A stretch of 64,000 nucleotides of DNA from Proteromonas lacertae (taxonomy: Eukaryota): positions 186,001 through 250,000 of the forward strand of contig NGBS01000297.1 in NCBI GenBank assembly GCA_002245135.1, given 5' to 3'. The stretch's first letter is position 1, and each line of letters begins with the position of its first letter. Below the pieces are notes generated by a model that saw only the letters and a program-made list of their open reading frames with translations, was not told where the DNA came from and ran no database searches. Both the position numbers and the translations under genes were made by a program. Below, in pieces: positions 1 through 15,698 of the stretch.

Positions 1-3000
1 CATATTCTTTTATTTCCTGAATAAATTAAAAACAACAAATATACTTTCCATATCATTTGTAATGATGAATTATCTACCTGTTTACTTATTTCTTTTTCTT
101 TAATAGTATAAAAGTTATCTATATCTTTGTATATGATTGATTCATTTGGTATTTTCATTTCTTGTTTAATCTTGTTCAATTCGTTCTTTCTTTTATTTCT
201 ATAATTGCATAATAATAATAAAAGTTAGTAATACATTTCTTCTATACATTTCTGTTTCATTGAATTGATAATAATTTTTGTTATTTCATTCAATTTCTAT
301 TTCATAATTATAACGTAGTAATAAATACATTTTGAACTTCAAGTATTGAAGTTATTGTGTTCTTCTCATCTAACTTGAATTGGGACTTTATAACTTCAAT
401 TTCATTCTTAATACTACTATCAGTTTTTATATCGTTTATTCCCTCTAATGTTGATTTTCTATAATATCTAATTATATAGGTAAATACATTTGTATATCTA
501 CAGATTTAAATAATTCATCTACCATTTTCCCATATTCATCTCTCATCATATCATATGCTGAGTATAATAATGATGCATTAGTTTTATTATTTAATATGCT
601 AGGTTTTATTATTTTAACTATATTCTCTAACTTATTCTTTATTTCATTACATTTTATTGCTTTGATTTCATTTTCAATGTTATTTCTAAATATATATAGT
701 TCACTATTATACAAGTGTTGGTTAACCATATTCCTAATTACCTCTAAACAAATTTGAAGTCCTTCTCCAATGGACTATTCAGTAATATTATATACGATAA
801 ATACATTACTGATGGATTGTATATCTTCTGTTTTTATATCAGGTTTCTTCAGTAATTCTGAATTTTGTTTCAATAATTTTTGAAAGACAGATGTGTCTAT
901 TTCAGTCAATGATGAAATCATGTATTGATAATCAGTTCTATTTATTGTATATATTTCAATTATACATTTGTTTTTGAAGATACTCTATTTCTGTTGGTAT
1001 AATTGATTCACTTTTCTCTGATAATTTCTATATATGTTTAATGTTATGGTTTATACTTCATATAAGTCTAACAAACATCCACATTTCATATTTGTATTAC
1101 AATTTGTTATTCCATTACAAAATCTTTGGAGTTCTTTTCTGTATGAATTATCAACAGGAAATAATTTACAGCTTTCGATAATATTAGATCTGTTAAATAA
1201 GAAACTATAGATATATACTTCAAACTCATTATTTTGCTAATAAAAGTATTCTTCAATTCATAAAACAACTTTGTTAATTTCTATCAAGATTAACATACTG
1301 CTATAATATACATTTTCATATTCTTTTATTACTTTAATGCTTGATTTATTATTTATTTTTGGCTTATACTCATCAATTAACGATTTTAGTGATAATATCA
1401 ACTCATCTTTACTATTTAACAAGCTTACTTCTTTTTCAATATTCCCACTAATAAAATATAACAAAATATCACACATACATATTCTTCAAAATAACAATTT
1501 TCTGTTGTTCTAAATATCTCTTATTATACTGTAATAATTTCTTATATTCAGCATAAATTAAAGATGCATCTTGTACTTTTATATTAATTGAAGTATAAAA
1601 TCTATTTAATTCGCTATTCTCATTTCCAAAAAGATCTTTCATTGATTGACTACAACAGATATATACTAAATATACATTTCTACATCAATCAACAACTTTA
1701 TAGTTGCATTTATTTTCCCCACATTTTCATTGAAACACTAAATCACATATATAGATACTCATAATAATTCATACTATTTGAATCTTTATTAAATCAGTTA
1801 GTTCAATACTACAATTGTTCAATTGCTGTAACAAATCTTCGAAACTCTTATACAAATGTTTCATTTCTGAGCTTTGAATTATGTCTAATAAAGCTATACA
1901 ATTATTTCTATTTGATAATATAAATAGTAATATTCTGAAATACATTTCTTTTTCAAGACTATTTTTATTAATATATTTATATTGTTTTTCATAGTTATTA
2001 ATCTCCTATTATAGAAATAAAATGAATGATAATAAAATACATTCCATTCTTTTATAATTTCAGAAACTTCTTTAGAATCTTTAATGATTCTTACCTTTGA
2101 TAAGTAGAAATTCATATAATTTTGTGCAATCGATGAATCATTCTTATACTGATTCAATTCATTACATTTCTTTTCACTAATATAATTATATTCCAATTCA
2201 TATACATAAACTTATGACAGTTATTCTTCATAATCGAAAATATTGATTTGATTTTACCATTTATAACCTACATGTAAAGAAAATTGTATATGTTTATCTT
2301 ATATAATACATACTTTCTCTTCTTCAATAATTGATGATAAAGTTTGAAACTTACTTCTATCAAGATTTATGCTTAATGATGATAATTCATTTGTTATATT
2401 CAAATCTTTAAGTGATTCTTGATCTGTCAATTCACACACATTACTTCTATATAAATATAACAATATATTCTTTAAATAAAATACTTGATATGTAGTTTCA
2501 GTGTATTAAAAGCTTCATTTACCAATATTTCATATTTTTCATAAACAATGTTGTATAATTCCATCACTTGTTTTGTATCTTCAGGTATAACTGCTAAATA
2601 ATTATTGATAAGAGCACATAACTCTGTTTTCATTGGATGACTATTTGGTACCATTCTCACTTCAGTCTTTATATGATTTCTATTCTCAATAATCACAACA
2701 AATAATATATACAGAAATTCATTAAAATATCCAAAACATTTATTGTAACTTCCTTTTAGTTCTTCTATATCTTTTGTGAGACTATTAATATTAGTATAAG
2801 GAGTATTCTTTTGCTTTATTCTTATAAGCAAAGTTGAAAGATATTGAGAAAATTCTTCTATTTTTTCATTTTGTATATCTATTTCACCAACAAAATGTTG
2901 ATATTCATATCTAATATATGTATAATGGTTATAATATATACATTTGCCTCTCTAAATCATTCTTTAGTTCTGCAATTCTTTGTTGATTATCATCATAGTA

Positions 3001-4868
3001 TTTTATTTGATTTTCAATGTTCTTAGAATGTTCTACTTCTATTTTTATCAATGAAGATATAACAGCATTTTTCTCTTCTTCATCCTCATTTTCACAACAA
3101 TTATTAATGAGATCTAATACAACACTGATTAAATCTTTAAACGGATTATCTGATTCACTTTCTGTAACTTCACTTATCATTTTTTCTCTGCATTTATATT
3201 ATTGAATAATATTATACATTTCTTCAGTTATTCTACATATTCTATATCCAAGTATCTTGTTCCTTAAAAGTCTAACAACTACTATATATACATAATATGG
3301 TCTATTTTCACAATTTATTTTCTTGTACTCCATATCTATTCTTTTGAATTTTTCATACACATCATCCAATTTTCTTGAAGTATTATTCCTATGTAATTAT
3401 AACATATTAAAAAAGAATATCATACTCTTTACAAATAAAACAATTTGCAGTATAATTGACGATGTTGTATTTCCATTTACCTTCTTCAATTAAACCATAA
3501 TAACTATTTCCATAACTGATATCTTCATCCATGTTTATTGTTCGATTGATCTTTATTTCATTTCCAATATTATCTAAATAATTCTCTATTGTTGTTTGTA
3601 ATAACGGAATTCTTAAACTTCCACCTACTATTACTACTTCAATTAATCTCTTTTCTTCATTAGATATTTTACTCTCATTTAATACTGCTTTTATTCCTTC
3701 TTTTAGTTCTTTGTCTATTTCATTCTTCTTTACTAAATCATTTAATTCATTTACACTGAATGTTGAGTCAAAATCATCATCTCCTAAATCAATTGAAACA
3801 TTTATCTATTTAAAATAGAATAACAATACAGAATATTTATATATATTATATTTATACATCACTAGCTCCTTGAGCACTTAGTTTTTCTTTCATCTTTATT
3901 ATCTCATTCTTCACTTTTAGATAATTCTTTTCTTTTCCTACTTCAAATATATCTATTTTCATCTTATCTTCAATTATTTCTCTAAAATGATTTATTAATA
4001 TATTATCTATTCTCATTCCACATAAATCATTTATGGTTTTAGTTTGGATTATTTTTACTTCATTCTTTCCATATTCATTTAAACAAATATTCGTTTTTAA
4101 ATAACCCATATCTACAAATAATACTTTCTTTTTACTTTCTTCATCAACAAATTTCGAATCATTTTCATATCCAAAACATAAACTACATGATAAATATTCA
4201 GGAATTATTTCTACTTTCTTAAATCCATTTGATTCGAAGATTTTTCTTAATAATTCGATTTGATAGTTGTTATAATCAGAAGGTATCTAAAGTAATAAAT
4301 TAAAAATAATGATAATAATAATATACAGATATAATAATTTCTTGTAAACCAATCCTTAATTCTGGAATCTTTAGATCTATCGTATAATTTATATAATTTG
4401 CATATGCGTAGTATATATCACTTACAGAAAGTGATATTTTACCTAATTGATGGTCGATCTGTTAATTATATAATGCTTGATAGAATATACAATGAATTCT
4501 ACTTCTCCTACAACTGATTGTGTAATTGGTTCTGTGTAATGATATGCGTTTATATTATTAATATCTTCATAATCACAACAAAATAAGTCCTTCACAACTT
4601 TTATCACTTTTTTGTAGTTTTTTGTTCCCTAATTAAGTAAATTAAAAAGTAATACACTAGAGCTCTTTATAAACAACCTTTTGGTTGAAAAATCAATAAA
4701 TAAACTATGTATTATTAATATGGAAAGTATACTCGCTTTTTTTCTGACTATACACATTTTCGATGATTCTAACTATAATTTCCTTTTGCTTAGCACCTAT
4801 ATGAGCACCTGATAATTTATAAAAAACAGCACCAAAGTCTAACCCAAGAATACTTATCTCTTGATGAC
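1..4868 (-). CDS. Divergent Hsp110/Hsp70-type NBD plus long helical tail (array gene 1; multi-exon, runs off window start, start codon unresolved near 4870)
   Basis: Spliced reading gives ISILGLDFGA..IIENVYSQKK, S|IPSDYNNYQ, IPEYLSCSLCFG, VLFVDMG, KEKLSAQG, VVIVGGSLRIP, RTINMDEDISYG. These are followed by >3 kb of short helical-type exons separated by ~30-nt GT-AG introns. Confidence 0.7.
3470..4285. repeat. Partial Hsp110-NBD block copy in gene 1
   Basis: Matches ~10632-11440; flanks diverge abruptly. Confidence 0.9.
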
Positions 4869-5165
4869 CTATGAATAATAATTAGTTTGGGTGATATGAT
4901 GTTTAATTGGAGGTAAATAAAAAGAATATGAATAATGAGAGATTATACATACTCTCAGAGTTATAAAAATCCACTTTTTATATTCTTATTTTACAGTATA
5001 TATCCAATTTTATTTGCAATACTTAGATTAATTCACTAGTATAATAACAAATATATAGAATAATACAATAAAAACAAAGATATAACAATCAATTAATTAA
5101 TTTAGGAAATATCACTAACATCCAAAAATAATACAACACACAACTTCCACAGTATATCTATATTC

Positions 5166-6216
5166 TCAAATTCTCTTTTTAATGAGTTGATACTGTGTTA
5201 CTTCCCTTTCTATTATCCTATTAATCTTTTTACTTTTACATGAGAGTAATAATACAAATTGAGTTGCTAAAGTATGAATTAATGGTATTTTAATCTCTTC
5301 ATTCATCATTACATCAACTATTATTGCTGGATAAGTTCTTAATATTAAACCATTCTTCTTATTGACTTTTAAAAACTCATTTTCATAATACTCTATCATT
5401 TGTAATGATGTTAAATTTAAACTTTGAATTAATACTATTTAGAGTGGTTAAATAAAAAAATAATATACATTGAAACAATGGTAACAACACCTCTGTTTTA
5501 CTATTGTAATATAAATAATCTAATAGATAATCATATAGATTATTATCTCTATAAAATTTTCTTTGATTATTGTCATATTCATATAAATATAGTAACATTG
5601 AAAACCCGTAAAACTAATAGAAATTATATGCATAATATTATATACTTCTATTTTATCATTATCAATATTATCATATATTAGAGTAAATAACAGTTTTAAA
5701 TTATGAGGAAGTATTAAAAATGATGATAAATCATCTGTATATTGAAATAAAGTATAGAATAATTGAAATGAATATCTATTGATTTATTAATAATATATAT
5801 ACTGAATCAATGCTTGAGAATGATATACTCTAACAGAAGTGACAATATAGTTGACTAACTTATTCTCCAGATATACAGAAAGATATGAACAGTCGGTTGT
5901 AATTTGAGTAATTATAGGTTTTATTGATTGCTATTAGTAATATTAACATCGATTATACAATAATATCATCTTCAGATATACTACATTTCAATGATTCCAA
6001 TAATTGGTATGGAGAAGCTAAATTTGATGGAAATTTTGATTTCTTTGAATCAAATGTAGTGTTGTAGATGTTTTGAAATTTTATTCTTCTTTGAAAATGC
6101 TTATCTTTAGGAAATGATATAACTTCTTTAATAGATGGCTTTATACTATCATTTTTGTATGTACTATTACCATTATTATTTTTATCTATTTTACCAAACC
6201 CTGGAAATACTAGCAT
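5166..6216 (-). CDS. Hypothetical helical protein (about 5 exons)
   Basis: ATG at 6216. ORFs 5953-6216, 5383-5598 and 5166-5399 join in frame through GT-AG introns of ~27-34 nt. No recognisable motif. Confidence 0.6.
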
Positions 6217-6369
6217 TCTTTCAAATTATTAAATACAAAACAATACCAAAAATACAATATTTGAATGTATTAAGATAAACAACAATCAATAAAGAATATG
6301 AACATTATATTTAAGTCATTTTGTATGAAGAATGAAAATATACTTCAAATTGAAGTTATTGATTCACTT

Positions 6370-9300
6370 CTATTTCATTGAGTGTTTTATTTCTGATTTA
6401 GCTTCAGATGAAGTTTTTCCTTCTTGTTTTGGTTTATTCTTAGTTAATGAGTTTCTTTGATTTTGTTTATTCTTTGTTTTGAATTTGGTTGGTGGTGGTG
6501 GTTTTGTTACTAGTGGTTGTTGATGTTGGGTTACTGCTATATTTTTGTAGTTATTACTTCTAGTCCCTTCTGTAGATAATACTTTTTCTTCAGGTGATTT
6601 TGATGGATTTACTGGCAAATCTTTTGGTTGAACAGGAGTGTCTTTCTTTAATATATCAACTGTAGTTAATGCTGTAGATGTTGTAGAAGGTGCTATTTCT
6701 TCTTTTGATATTGTAGTTTGAGTTAGTGTTGATGAATTTGCTATAACATCTTTATTTGCATGACTTTCTACTGGATTTGCTTCAACTGGTAAATTATCAT
6801 CGTTAGAAGGTTGATTAGATTGAGATTTTGCAGCTATATTATCCATTTCTGGAGGAGATGTGTTTTGTTCATTAGTGTTTAATGCTGAAGAATTAGATGA
6901 AGTCAATCCATTTGTATTTGTTGTTTCAGTTCTATTAACATTTTTTAATTCATTGTATATTTCTGAAAGAGTTTTGAATGTAATGTTCATTTCTTTTGAG
7001 AATCTTTCTACAGTGATATTCTTTTCTGTTTCTATTTCATCATAACATTTCTTCCAATAATTATCACATTTATCATCAATTTTATAATTCTCCAATTCTT
7101 TAAGATTATATTTATCATACAAATTAACAACATTATCTTTGACTAAGTTCTTTTCTATTGAAAATATAAAATAATTGAAGCTAAATACAATTGATCAATT
7201 TTTCTTGTTTTAATTGAAATCATAAAAACAATTATTTGATTTACAATATTCAATGTATTTGGGTATTATTTCTTTTATTAATTCTTCTGTGTATACTGTT
7301 TCTTCTGTTTATCTCTTTCTTCTTTATTGATAAACGTTAAAGAATCAATTGTTATTGAAAATATTTCACTAACAAATAATATATCATATAGGAATACTAA
7401 TATTTTTCTATATTTTTCTTTATTTCATTCACTTTGTTTGTATGAATTACCTTAAAATTCTAAATTCTATAATATAAAATACATACAACTAAATTTTGAA
7501 AAGTTATTGATGAAAATGGTTTTTTCATATTCAACAGTTTATCATAATATGATTTATAAATTTTCAATGACTCTTCAGTAATGAAATTGAATAATTCTTT
7601 GTCTTTCTCCACAGATTCAATTATTAATTTCATATTCTCTCTAAAATAGATAATATAATTGATTATACTTTTTGTTTGTTAATTCTGTATATAATCTATC
7701 AGCTAATTCTAGTTTCATCTTTTCTACATCCTATTATTATTAATTAAGACAACAGATATTTTTATACAACAAATGCTATTATTGATTTTGTTGCAGAATG
7801 TTTCACATTGTCAATTTCATTATATTTTTCAATTATTGTTTTTACATCTTTCTCATTCTTTATTTTTTCTAATAATAACTTTGTTTTATTTCTAATTTTA
7901 TTATAAGTAAAAATATTCATACATATTCTCTGCAATTCTGCTAATAATTATTTCTTTTACTTTTTCAATTTCTTCTTCAATTTTCTTATTAATATCATTC
8001 AAACTATTAAATGCTTCTTTTTTATAACCTTTTGAAGAAAAGTCTTTTATTTTGTTCAAATTAATATCTTTCATTATATCACCTAAATATGCTTTATTTT
8101 CTTCTGCAGTATTTAAAAGTTTCTTAATTCTTTCTCTAATAAAATGATAAGCATATATTAATACTGTTTATGATTTACACTGATTAAAATAAGGGAATTC
8201 TTCATTATAAATGCTTTCTATTTATAACACAAACAAATATATACATTATTTAAATCAAAGACTTCTTTAATTGATCTATTTCTATTTACTTCTTCTTTTT
8301 GTTTCAAAACATCATCAATTTTTCTTTTCTTTTCTTCATCTTTAATTTTATCTTTTTGTTTCTCAATATCTTCACAATATTTATTGAATGAATTTTTGTA
8401 AAAAGAAATAATTATATCCACTTGAGTTTGTATTTCCTAGTATACAGTATTGTTGATTGAGATTATACTTTTTCTATATTCATTATTTCTTTAAAACCAA
8501 TATCATAATCTTCATTCAATTTTGGTATTGATTCTTCAATAATTTTCAATAATTCATCTTTACTATCCATTTTGTTCTTTATTAGTTCTACATCTGATTT
8601 ATGTTTATTTATTATTTCTTTCAATTTATTCTTTTTTTCTATTAGATTTTTACCCACTTCTGTTTTACACTCCTATTAAATATAAAATGTATAGAAATAC
8701 ATCAAAATCATTACATATTCTTACAAGATCTGTTTGTTGTTCTTTCATTCTTCCATTCAAATATGATTCTAGTTTTTCTAATATTTCATCTGGTTTGTTG
8801 TAATCTTTTATTTCACTTAGAATTCCATGTCTATTTTTTTAATTAAGTAATAACATACATGTAATTATGATATTCTGTTTTGATCATTCCTGGAAGCCTG
8901 GCTTTATCATTACTCAATTCCTATTACAGATAAATTCATTCTTTATACATTTATATATTTACAATAATCTTTTAGTGATTTATTCTCCTTCTTTAAACCA
9001 CTTTTAATGTTTGTTATTGATGTTTTAAATGAATCTATATTCTTAGATTTTAACTTTATAGTGTTAATCTCCTTTTCATAATCATCACATAATTTTTCTA
9101 CTCGCTTTTTTGTTTCTTCAACAATACCATCATAATCCATTAAATATGCCTTTTAATATAAAATAAAGTGTTTTATACAGAATAAAAGTTGAATATTGTT
9201 GTAATATCATTATTAGATTGATTATTGGTATGATCATTATGAAAAGATTGCATTTTCATTCTTGTCATATCTTCACCCTTTAATAACTTCATATTTTCGT

Positions 9301-12300
9301 TTATTTCTTTTCTAAATAATACAATACTATAAAAACAATATACTGCAACTTAGTAAGATTATCTATATAATATTTTATAATTGGTTTTGATTCTAATTCA
9401 ATATTCTAATATTTATAAGATAAACAATATACAGATTTAATTTCATAAATATCTTTAAGAGTATTGAAACTTGTTTTTACATTATCTATTGAACTTTCAA
9501 CTATTACTTTAAGAGTATCAATTTTAATATATTTTGGAATTTGCTTTTCTATTTCTGGAAGTATATCACATATTTCATATCTAGAAAAACATTCATAACA
9601 AACATTATACAAATATCTAATAAACAGATGTTTTACATTCTTTATTATTGTCTTGTATTGTGGAATTGCATTCTACAATAAATAATCGAAATAATAATTA
9701 TATACTAAATATATTCTGTAAATATCTTCTATTCTATCAGGTAATTGTGATGGTATATTATTAACTAATTTGTTTAATTCATTCTTCATTTCAATAGGTA
9801 ATTTACTATTTGATGATTCAGTCTTTAATTCATTAAAATCATTTTCAAAATCATCTTTGATTCTACTATATTTTTCTTGGATTTCTTTAAAACAATCATT
9901 TATTTTATCAATTCTAACAAACGAATGAATTTCAATTATTAAATTATTCAAATAGTTAGATAATTCAGCAATTGATTGATATATTTTATCATCGATTGAT
10001 TTAACCGCTCTTTGATAATCATATCTATTTCACAATAAATACTAATTATAATAATATACATTGATGATTCTAAATCATTTCTCTTCTTCATCACAATTCC
10101 ATAATTTTTATCATAATCATAAAACTCTATTTCATTTTTCCTACTTTGCTTTACTATTTCACCTACACTGAACAATATTTCTATTTCGTTATGAATGTAA
10201 TTATAATATCCTTCTGTTATTCTTATGAGTTGATTTAAACTACCATCTTTTACTATTTCTCCTGATAAAACTATAGAAAATATCTTTATAACTGTATAGA
10301 ATTCTTTAACTGTTGAAGTGTTATTATCTTTTAATTTTGATTCTCTATGTCAAATATAATACAACAATTTTTATACATTCTTTCTATTCTCTTTTTCATT
10401 TCATCAACATTTATTTCTTCTCTATCAATAATACATTTCAATTTGTTCATTTCATCATTTATACAATCATCCATTTGTCTTAATATCTCTTTATCATCTT
10501 CTTTTATTTTCTTCCTTTTCATATTCAACATTAAATAATTCAAACATATTAATAATGATTCTGTCTTTGATTGTGGAATTGATATTATATTATTCATCAC
10601 ATCTTCATTATCTTCATTTACTATTCTATATTTCCATTTACCTTCTTCAATTAAACCATAATAACTATTTCCATAACTGATATCTTCATCCATGTTTATT
10701 GTTCGATTGATTTTTATTTCATTTTCTATACTCTTCAAATATTCTTCTATTGTTGTTTGTAATAACGGAATTCTTAAACTTCCACCTACTATTACTACTT
10801 CAATTAATCTCTTTTCTTCATTAGATATTTTACTCTCATTTAATACTGCTTTTATTCCTTCTTTTAGTTCTTTGTCTATTTCCATTCTTCTTTACTAAAT
10901 CATTTAATTCATTTACACTGAATGTTGAGTCAAAATCATCATCTCCTAAATCAATTGAAACATTTATCTATTTAAAATAGAATAACAATACAGAATATTT
11001 ATATATATTATATTTATACATCACTAGCTCCTTGAGCACTTAGTTTTTCTTTCATCTTTATTATCTCATTCTTCACTTTTAGATAATTCTTTTCTTTTCC
11101 TACTTCAAATATATCTATTTTCATCTTATCTTCAATTATTTCTCTAAAATGATTTATTAATATATTATCTATTCTCATTCCACATAAATCATTTATGGTT
11201 TTAGTTTGGATTATTTTTACTTCATTCTTTCCATATTCATTTAAACAAATATTCGTTTTTAAATAACCCATATCTACAAATAATACTTTCTTTTTACTTT
11301 CTTCATCAACAAATTTCGAATCATTTTCATATCCAAAACATAAACTACATGATAAATATTCAGGAATTATTTCTACTTTCTTAAATCCATTTGATTCGAA
11401 GATTCTTCTCAATAATTCGATTTGATAGTTGTTATAATCACATGGAACTGATAAGATACACTTGATTTTATCCATATTATTCTTTTCTTTTATATATTCA
11501 TATATGTGATTTGCATAACTACTGTATATATCATTCACATTTAATATCTTTTCACCTAATCCTATATTATGGATTCTAAATCCTATCTCATCATTTTCTA
11601 TTTCTATTATTGATTCAGGATAGTGAGAGTGATTTTTGAGAATTTCACTAGTTTCACTGAATTTCTTTCCAAATAAGTCTTTGATTGTCGTTATTACATT
11701 CTTGAAATTCTTAACTGCCTAATAACAATATATATAAGTTAATATAGAATAGAATATACAGTGGTACTTTTACCAAATAATCGATTATTTGTCATATCAA
11801 TGAATAATCTATTTAATAATAAACATAATCATAACCAATACTGAGTTTTCTTTTGACTGTAAACATCTTCTATGATTTTTGGAACTATTGGTTCAATTCT
11901 ATTATCATATCCACTTAATACATAATTATTTCCTCCAAAATCGATTCCAACTATGAAGTTGATATTCTCATTTGTTGATTTCATTTCTTCTCTTCTATTA
12001 CATTCAAAATAATCATTTAATGTCATTTGAACTGGAAGTGGATTGATTGGATGATTCATTTTTATACCAATTTCTTCGAATATTCTTTCTGCTTCACATT
12101 TCTCATCTTCATACACTTTTGGTTCTTGATTTTCTATAACAAATAAATAAATATAAATTATATACTTTTCAGTAATTCGATTATTTTACAGATTTCGATT
12201 CTTTTATTTACTTCTTTTTCTATTATTAATTTTAATATTTCTTTTAACATATAGGGACTGTCTTTACTTACTTCATATTCACATCTCATTATTTTATCAA

Positions 12301-13007
12301 CATCTTCATCTTTAAATAAATCTTCCCCAATTATATATTTATAAAGTAATAAACCATAATTCCATTTATCTACACTTATATCTAGCTCTTTATTACTCAA
12401 TTCTTCTGGACTTAAATATTTCGTTTCTTTCTTTTTTACATTATTCTTTCGAATGTAAATCAACCCATAATCACATATTTTGATTTTATCACTTACTTTA
12501 TCATATAAAATATTCGATGGAGTTAAATTCGAATGAATTATTTTGTTGTTATGTAATTCTAATAATCCTTCTCCTATTTCAATCAGATGTCTTTCTATAT
12601 CAGGTGAGTGAATATCTGCTGAATATATCTCATAATATGGTCTAACTGTGAATAATAGATTATCTTTCAGTAATGCTTTTGAAATAGATGAAAGATAATA
12701 ATTGTTGCATGCTTGGAGTTTTGCAATCTAGATATTTGATAGAATTAAAATATACATAATTGTCTATATCCTCTTTAGACAATTTTGTTTTGAGAATCTT
12801 AACAATAAAATATTTTTCTATTTTCTTTGATTTTACTTTACATGTAATCTCATCATTACTACTGTATAATCTCTCTTTACACTACAAATTATTTGAAAAT
12901 CATACTATATAATTCATTTTACTGTCTATATTTGTCTAGAAATAATCATTTATAGCAAATTATACAAAATCATAATCTTTAACCCCTATATCGTTAAATA
13001 AAGCCAT
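6370..13007 (-). CDS. Pseudokinase-Hsp110-like NBD fusion protein with long helical region and low-complexity tail (array gene 3)
   Basis: ATG 13007 (MALFNDIG). Kinase motifs IVK, IIHSNLTPSNIL, DYG, YLSPE, DKWNYG. A 32-nt intron (12134-12165) joins in frame to ..IVGIDFGGNN..VPCDY..VDMG..KEKLSAQG..GGSLRIP..NMDE. Helical exons follow to the stop at 6370. One apparent frameshift near 10880. Confidence 0.75.
10330..11942. repeat. Hsp110-NBD block, near-identical to 22145-23761; the part 10632-11440 also matches 3470-4285
   Basis: Base-by-base match including introns; near-identical ORF translations at 3852, 11014 and 22828. Confidence 0.95.
12163..12656. repeat. Kinase C-lobe block, copy A (copy B at 17221-17714)
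   Basis: ~490 bp identical except for a small patch (KKETK vs KKLTK); constant offset 5058. Confidence 0.95.
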
Positions 13008-13130
13008 TTTCGTTAAGCTTGGCTCGACTTTCAATTTACAGTGGTTGTTATTAAAGTTAACTTTTTATGAAAACAATAAAAATTAGAAAATACTACATCA
13101 AATTAATTACATGAATATGAATATTCGATA

Positions 13131-15667
13131 TTAACTAGAAAAGGATTCAAGTAATTTCTAAAATACTATATAACGGTTGTATATACTCTAAATATATCAA
13201 CAAGTTTGTCAAATGTGAGTTTAGTAAGGTCAATTCCATCACCATCTTCATTTATTAATAAATTCAACGAATCTGGATGAAAAGGTAATTCAGATGATGT
13301 AATATCCAAAATATGGCCTTTTAGAATGTTACATACATTTTCAAACATCTACAGAATGAAATAATATATAAATATACCTTAATATATGAAATATAACTAT
13401 TTTGTATATTTGATTTGATTTTCATATTATTAATCACTTTAAAACATTCCATTAAATCAGTTTTATACTTTTCTATTACAGTTGAAGAAGTGACAGTAGA
13501 TATATTGAGTGATAATAATATCTTTATATTATTTAGATAAGTTAATCTATTCATAAAAATTATAAACATATATAAATACTGATAGTTTGTGAGAATATTT
13601 GGAATATCAACTATTAATTTTGGATATACATCTTTTATTTCCTATTTAAAAATAAATAACTAAGATAACATCATACAATAATATAATCATAGAAATCAGA
13701 ATCAGTAATATTATGAAGTGAATTGTTAAAGAAATAATCTATTAATTCAAATTCGTGTATTTTCTCACTATCCATTATCATTTCATTCATATTATTGGAT
13801 TTACTATAACCAGATATTATATAAATACAACTTATACATAAATTCTAATATTCTATTTCCTACAGTATTGTAATATTCAATCACTTTACAATGATATATT
13901 TGATATGATTTTAATTCTTCAAATACATTATTATTATCATTATACATATCACTCATTTCAAATAATTCAAATGGATAAAGTTCTTTTATAGCTTTATTAG
14001 CATTAATACTATAATAATAATAATAATAATAGAATCATTATATACTAATATCTTTCTATACAGAATGAAATATTCCTCTTTAAATCACAATAATCATCAT
14101 TATGATCAATTAATAAGTTCAAATAATCACCATTTTGACTATCTTCATATACATTCTTACACTTTTTGTAATTATTAATGAATAAAGTAACTAATGACAT
14201 ATTTGTATTAGCAGGTAAATCAATATTTTCAGTTGATAGTATTTCATAGATATATTTCTCTTCATTTCTATATCAATATATTAATAATAATAATATTCAT
14301 ATACATTATTCTCTCTATATATTGTTTCAATACATTAAACAAGAACTTTTCAGTATCAACTATATATTTCAATATCTCCAATATGTTAAAAGTATTTGGT
14401 TTTAATTTCAACTCTAATTTCTTATATTGTTGTAAAGGCTGTCTAATTTTAGATATATCTTCATTATTCCTACTAAAATATTCTTTTAAATTATTCAATT
14501 TATTGATTCTAATAGTAATACAATATCTTATCATTTGTCTAACTTGCATCATATATTGATCTTCTATCATCTTTTGTTTAGTAGTAAACGGTTTATAATC
14601 ATTTATATCTTTAGGAATTAAATAGCTAAAACCATAAAATACACTTGGATTAACTACATTAATTAGAATATCGTGATTTTCGTTTTTATATTGGTATATA
14701 TTTATTACTAAATCTCTATATATAAAAGAATTAATAGAAATTATACCTTTCATAATTCTCTAATTCTTCTTCCGCTTCTATTATTATATAATTACATTCA
14801 TTTGGTAAATAACTTGCTCTTTCGACTGTTATATTTGATATATTGTCAATGTCACATATGAATTTTTCACCATTCTTTCTTATTTCATTGTCAGAAGGTA
14901 AATCTCTTATTATATCTTCAATTAGATTACTATTCAATATAATTAATACTATCAAATATATATATACATATTATCACTATTTGATCTAATAGCTTCATTT
15001 ACAAACAACTAATAATTATTAACTAAATTATATAAATTATACATCTTCATTTTCTAAAAATGTAAAAATAGTCGTTTCATCTGTAAATTTTATCACATCT
15101 TTTCTACATTTTGGCATTCTTTCAAGACTATACTTGTCAATAGCATAATTCTCAAACATAAATTTATAATTCTTACTATTCAAACATAAAAATATATACA
15201 ACAAATACTCTAAATCAATCATAGTCTGCCTATGTATTACTAATGATTTATTCACTTCTTCATATATACTCAACATATTCTCAATATCTGTTAATTTTGT
15301 TAATTCTACTTTAGTTTTTAGGCTTAAATATTCAGAGAATCTCTCGTTCTTTAATGCTACACTGTTATTTGCATTACCTCTACAGAATATATTTATATAA
15401 TAATAATAATAATAATACAATATTGTAAAACACTTTGATTTTAATCCTTTAATAATTCTCTCTATTTCATTATTCATATTCTATATAATAGAAATAATAA
15501 TAACTAAAAATATACTTTCTTTGTTAATAATAAACTTAATAAATTGTTAGTGTTATTCTCATCTATTAATTTGATTAAATCATTTAAATATTTCTCATAA
15601 TTTGAACTGAAAGAAGTGATATATTTCTTACTATTTTCATCTAATAATATTCTATTGCTAATTTGTC

Positions 15668-15698
<31 letters not shown>

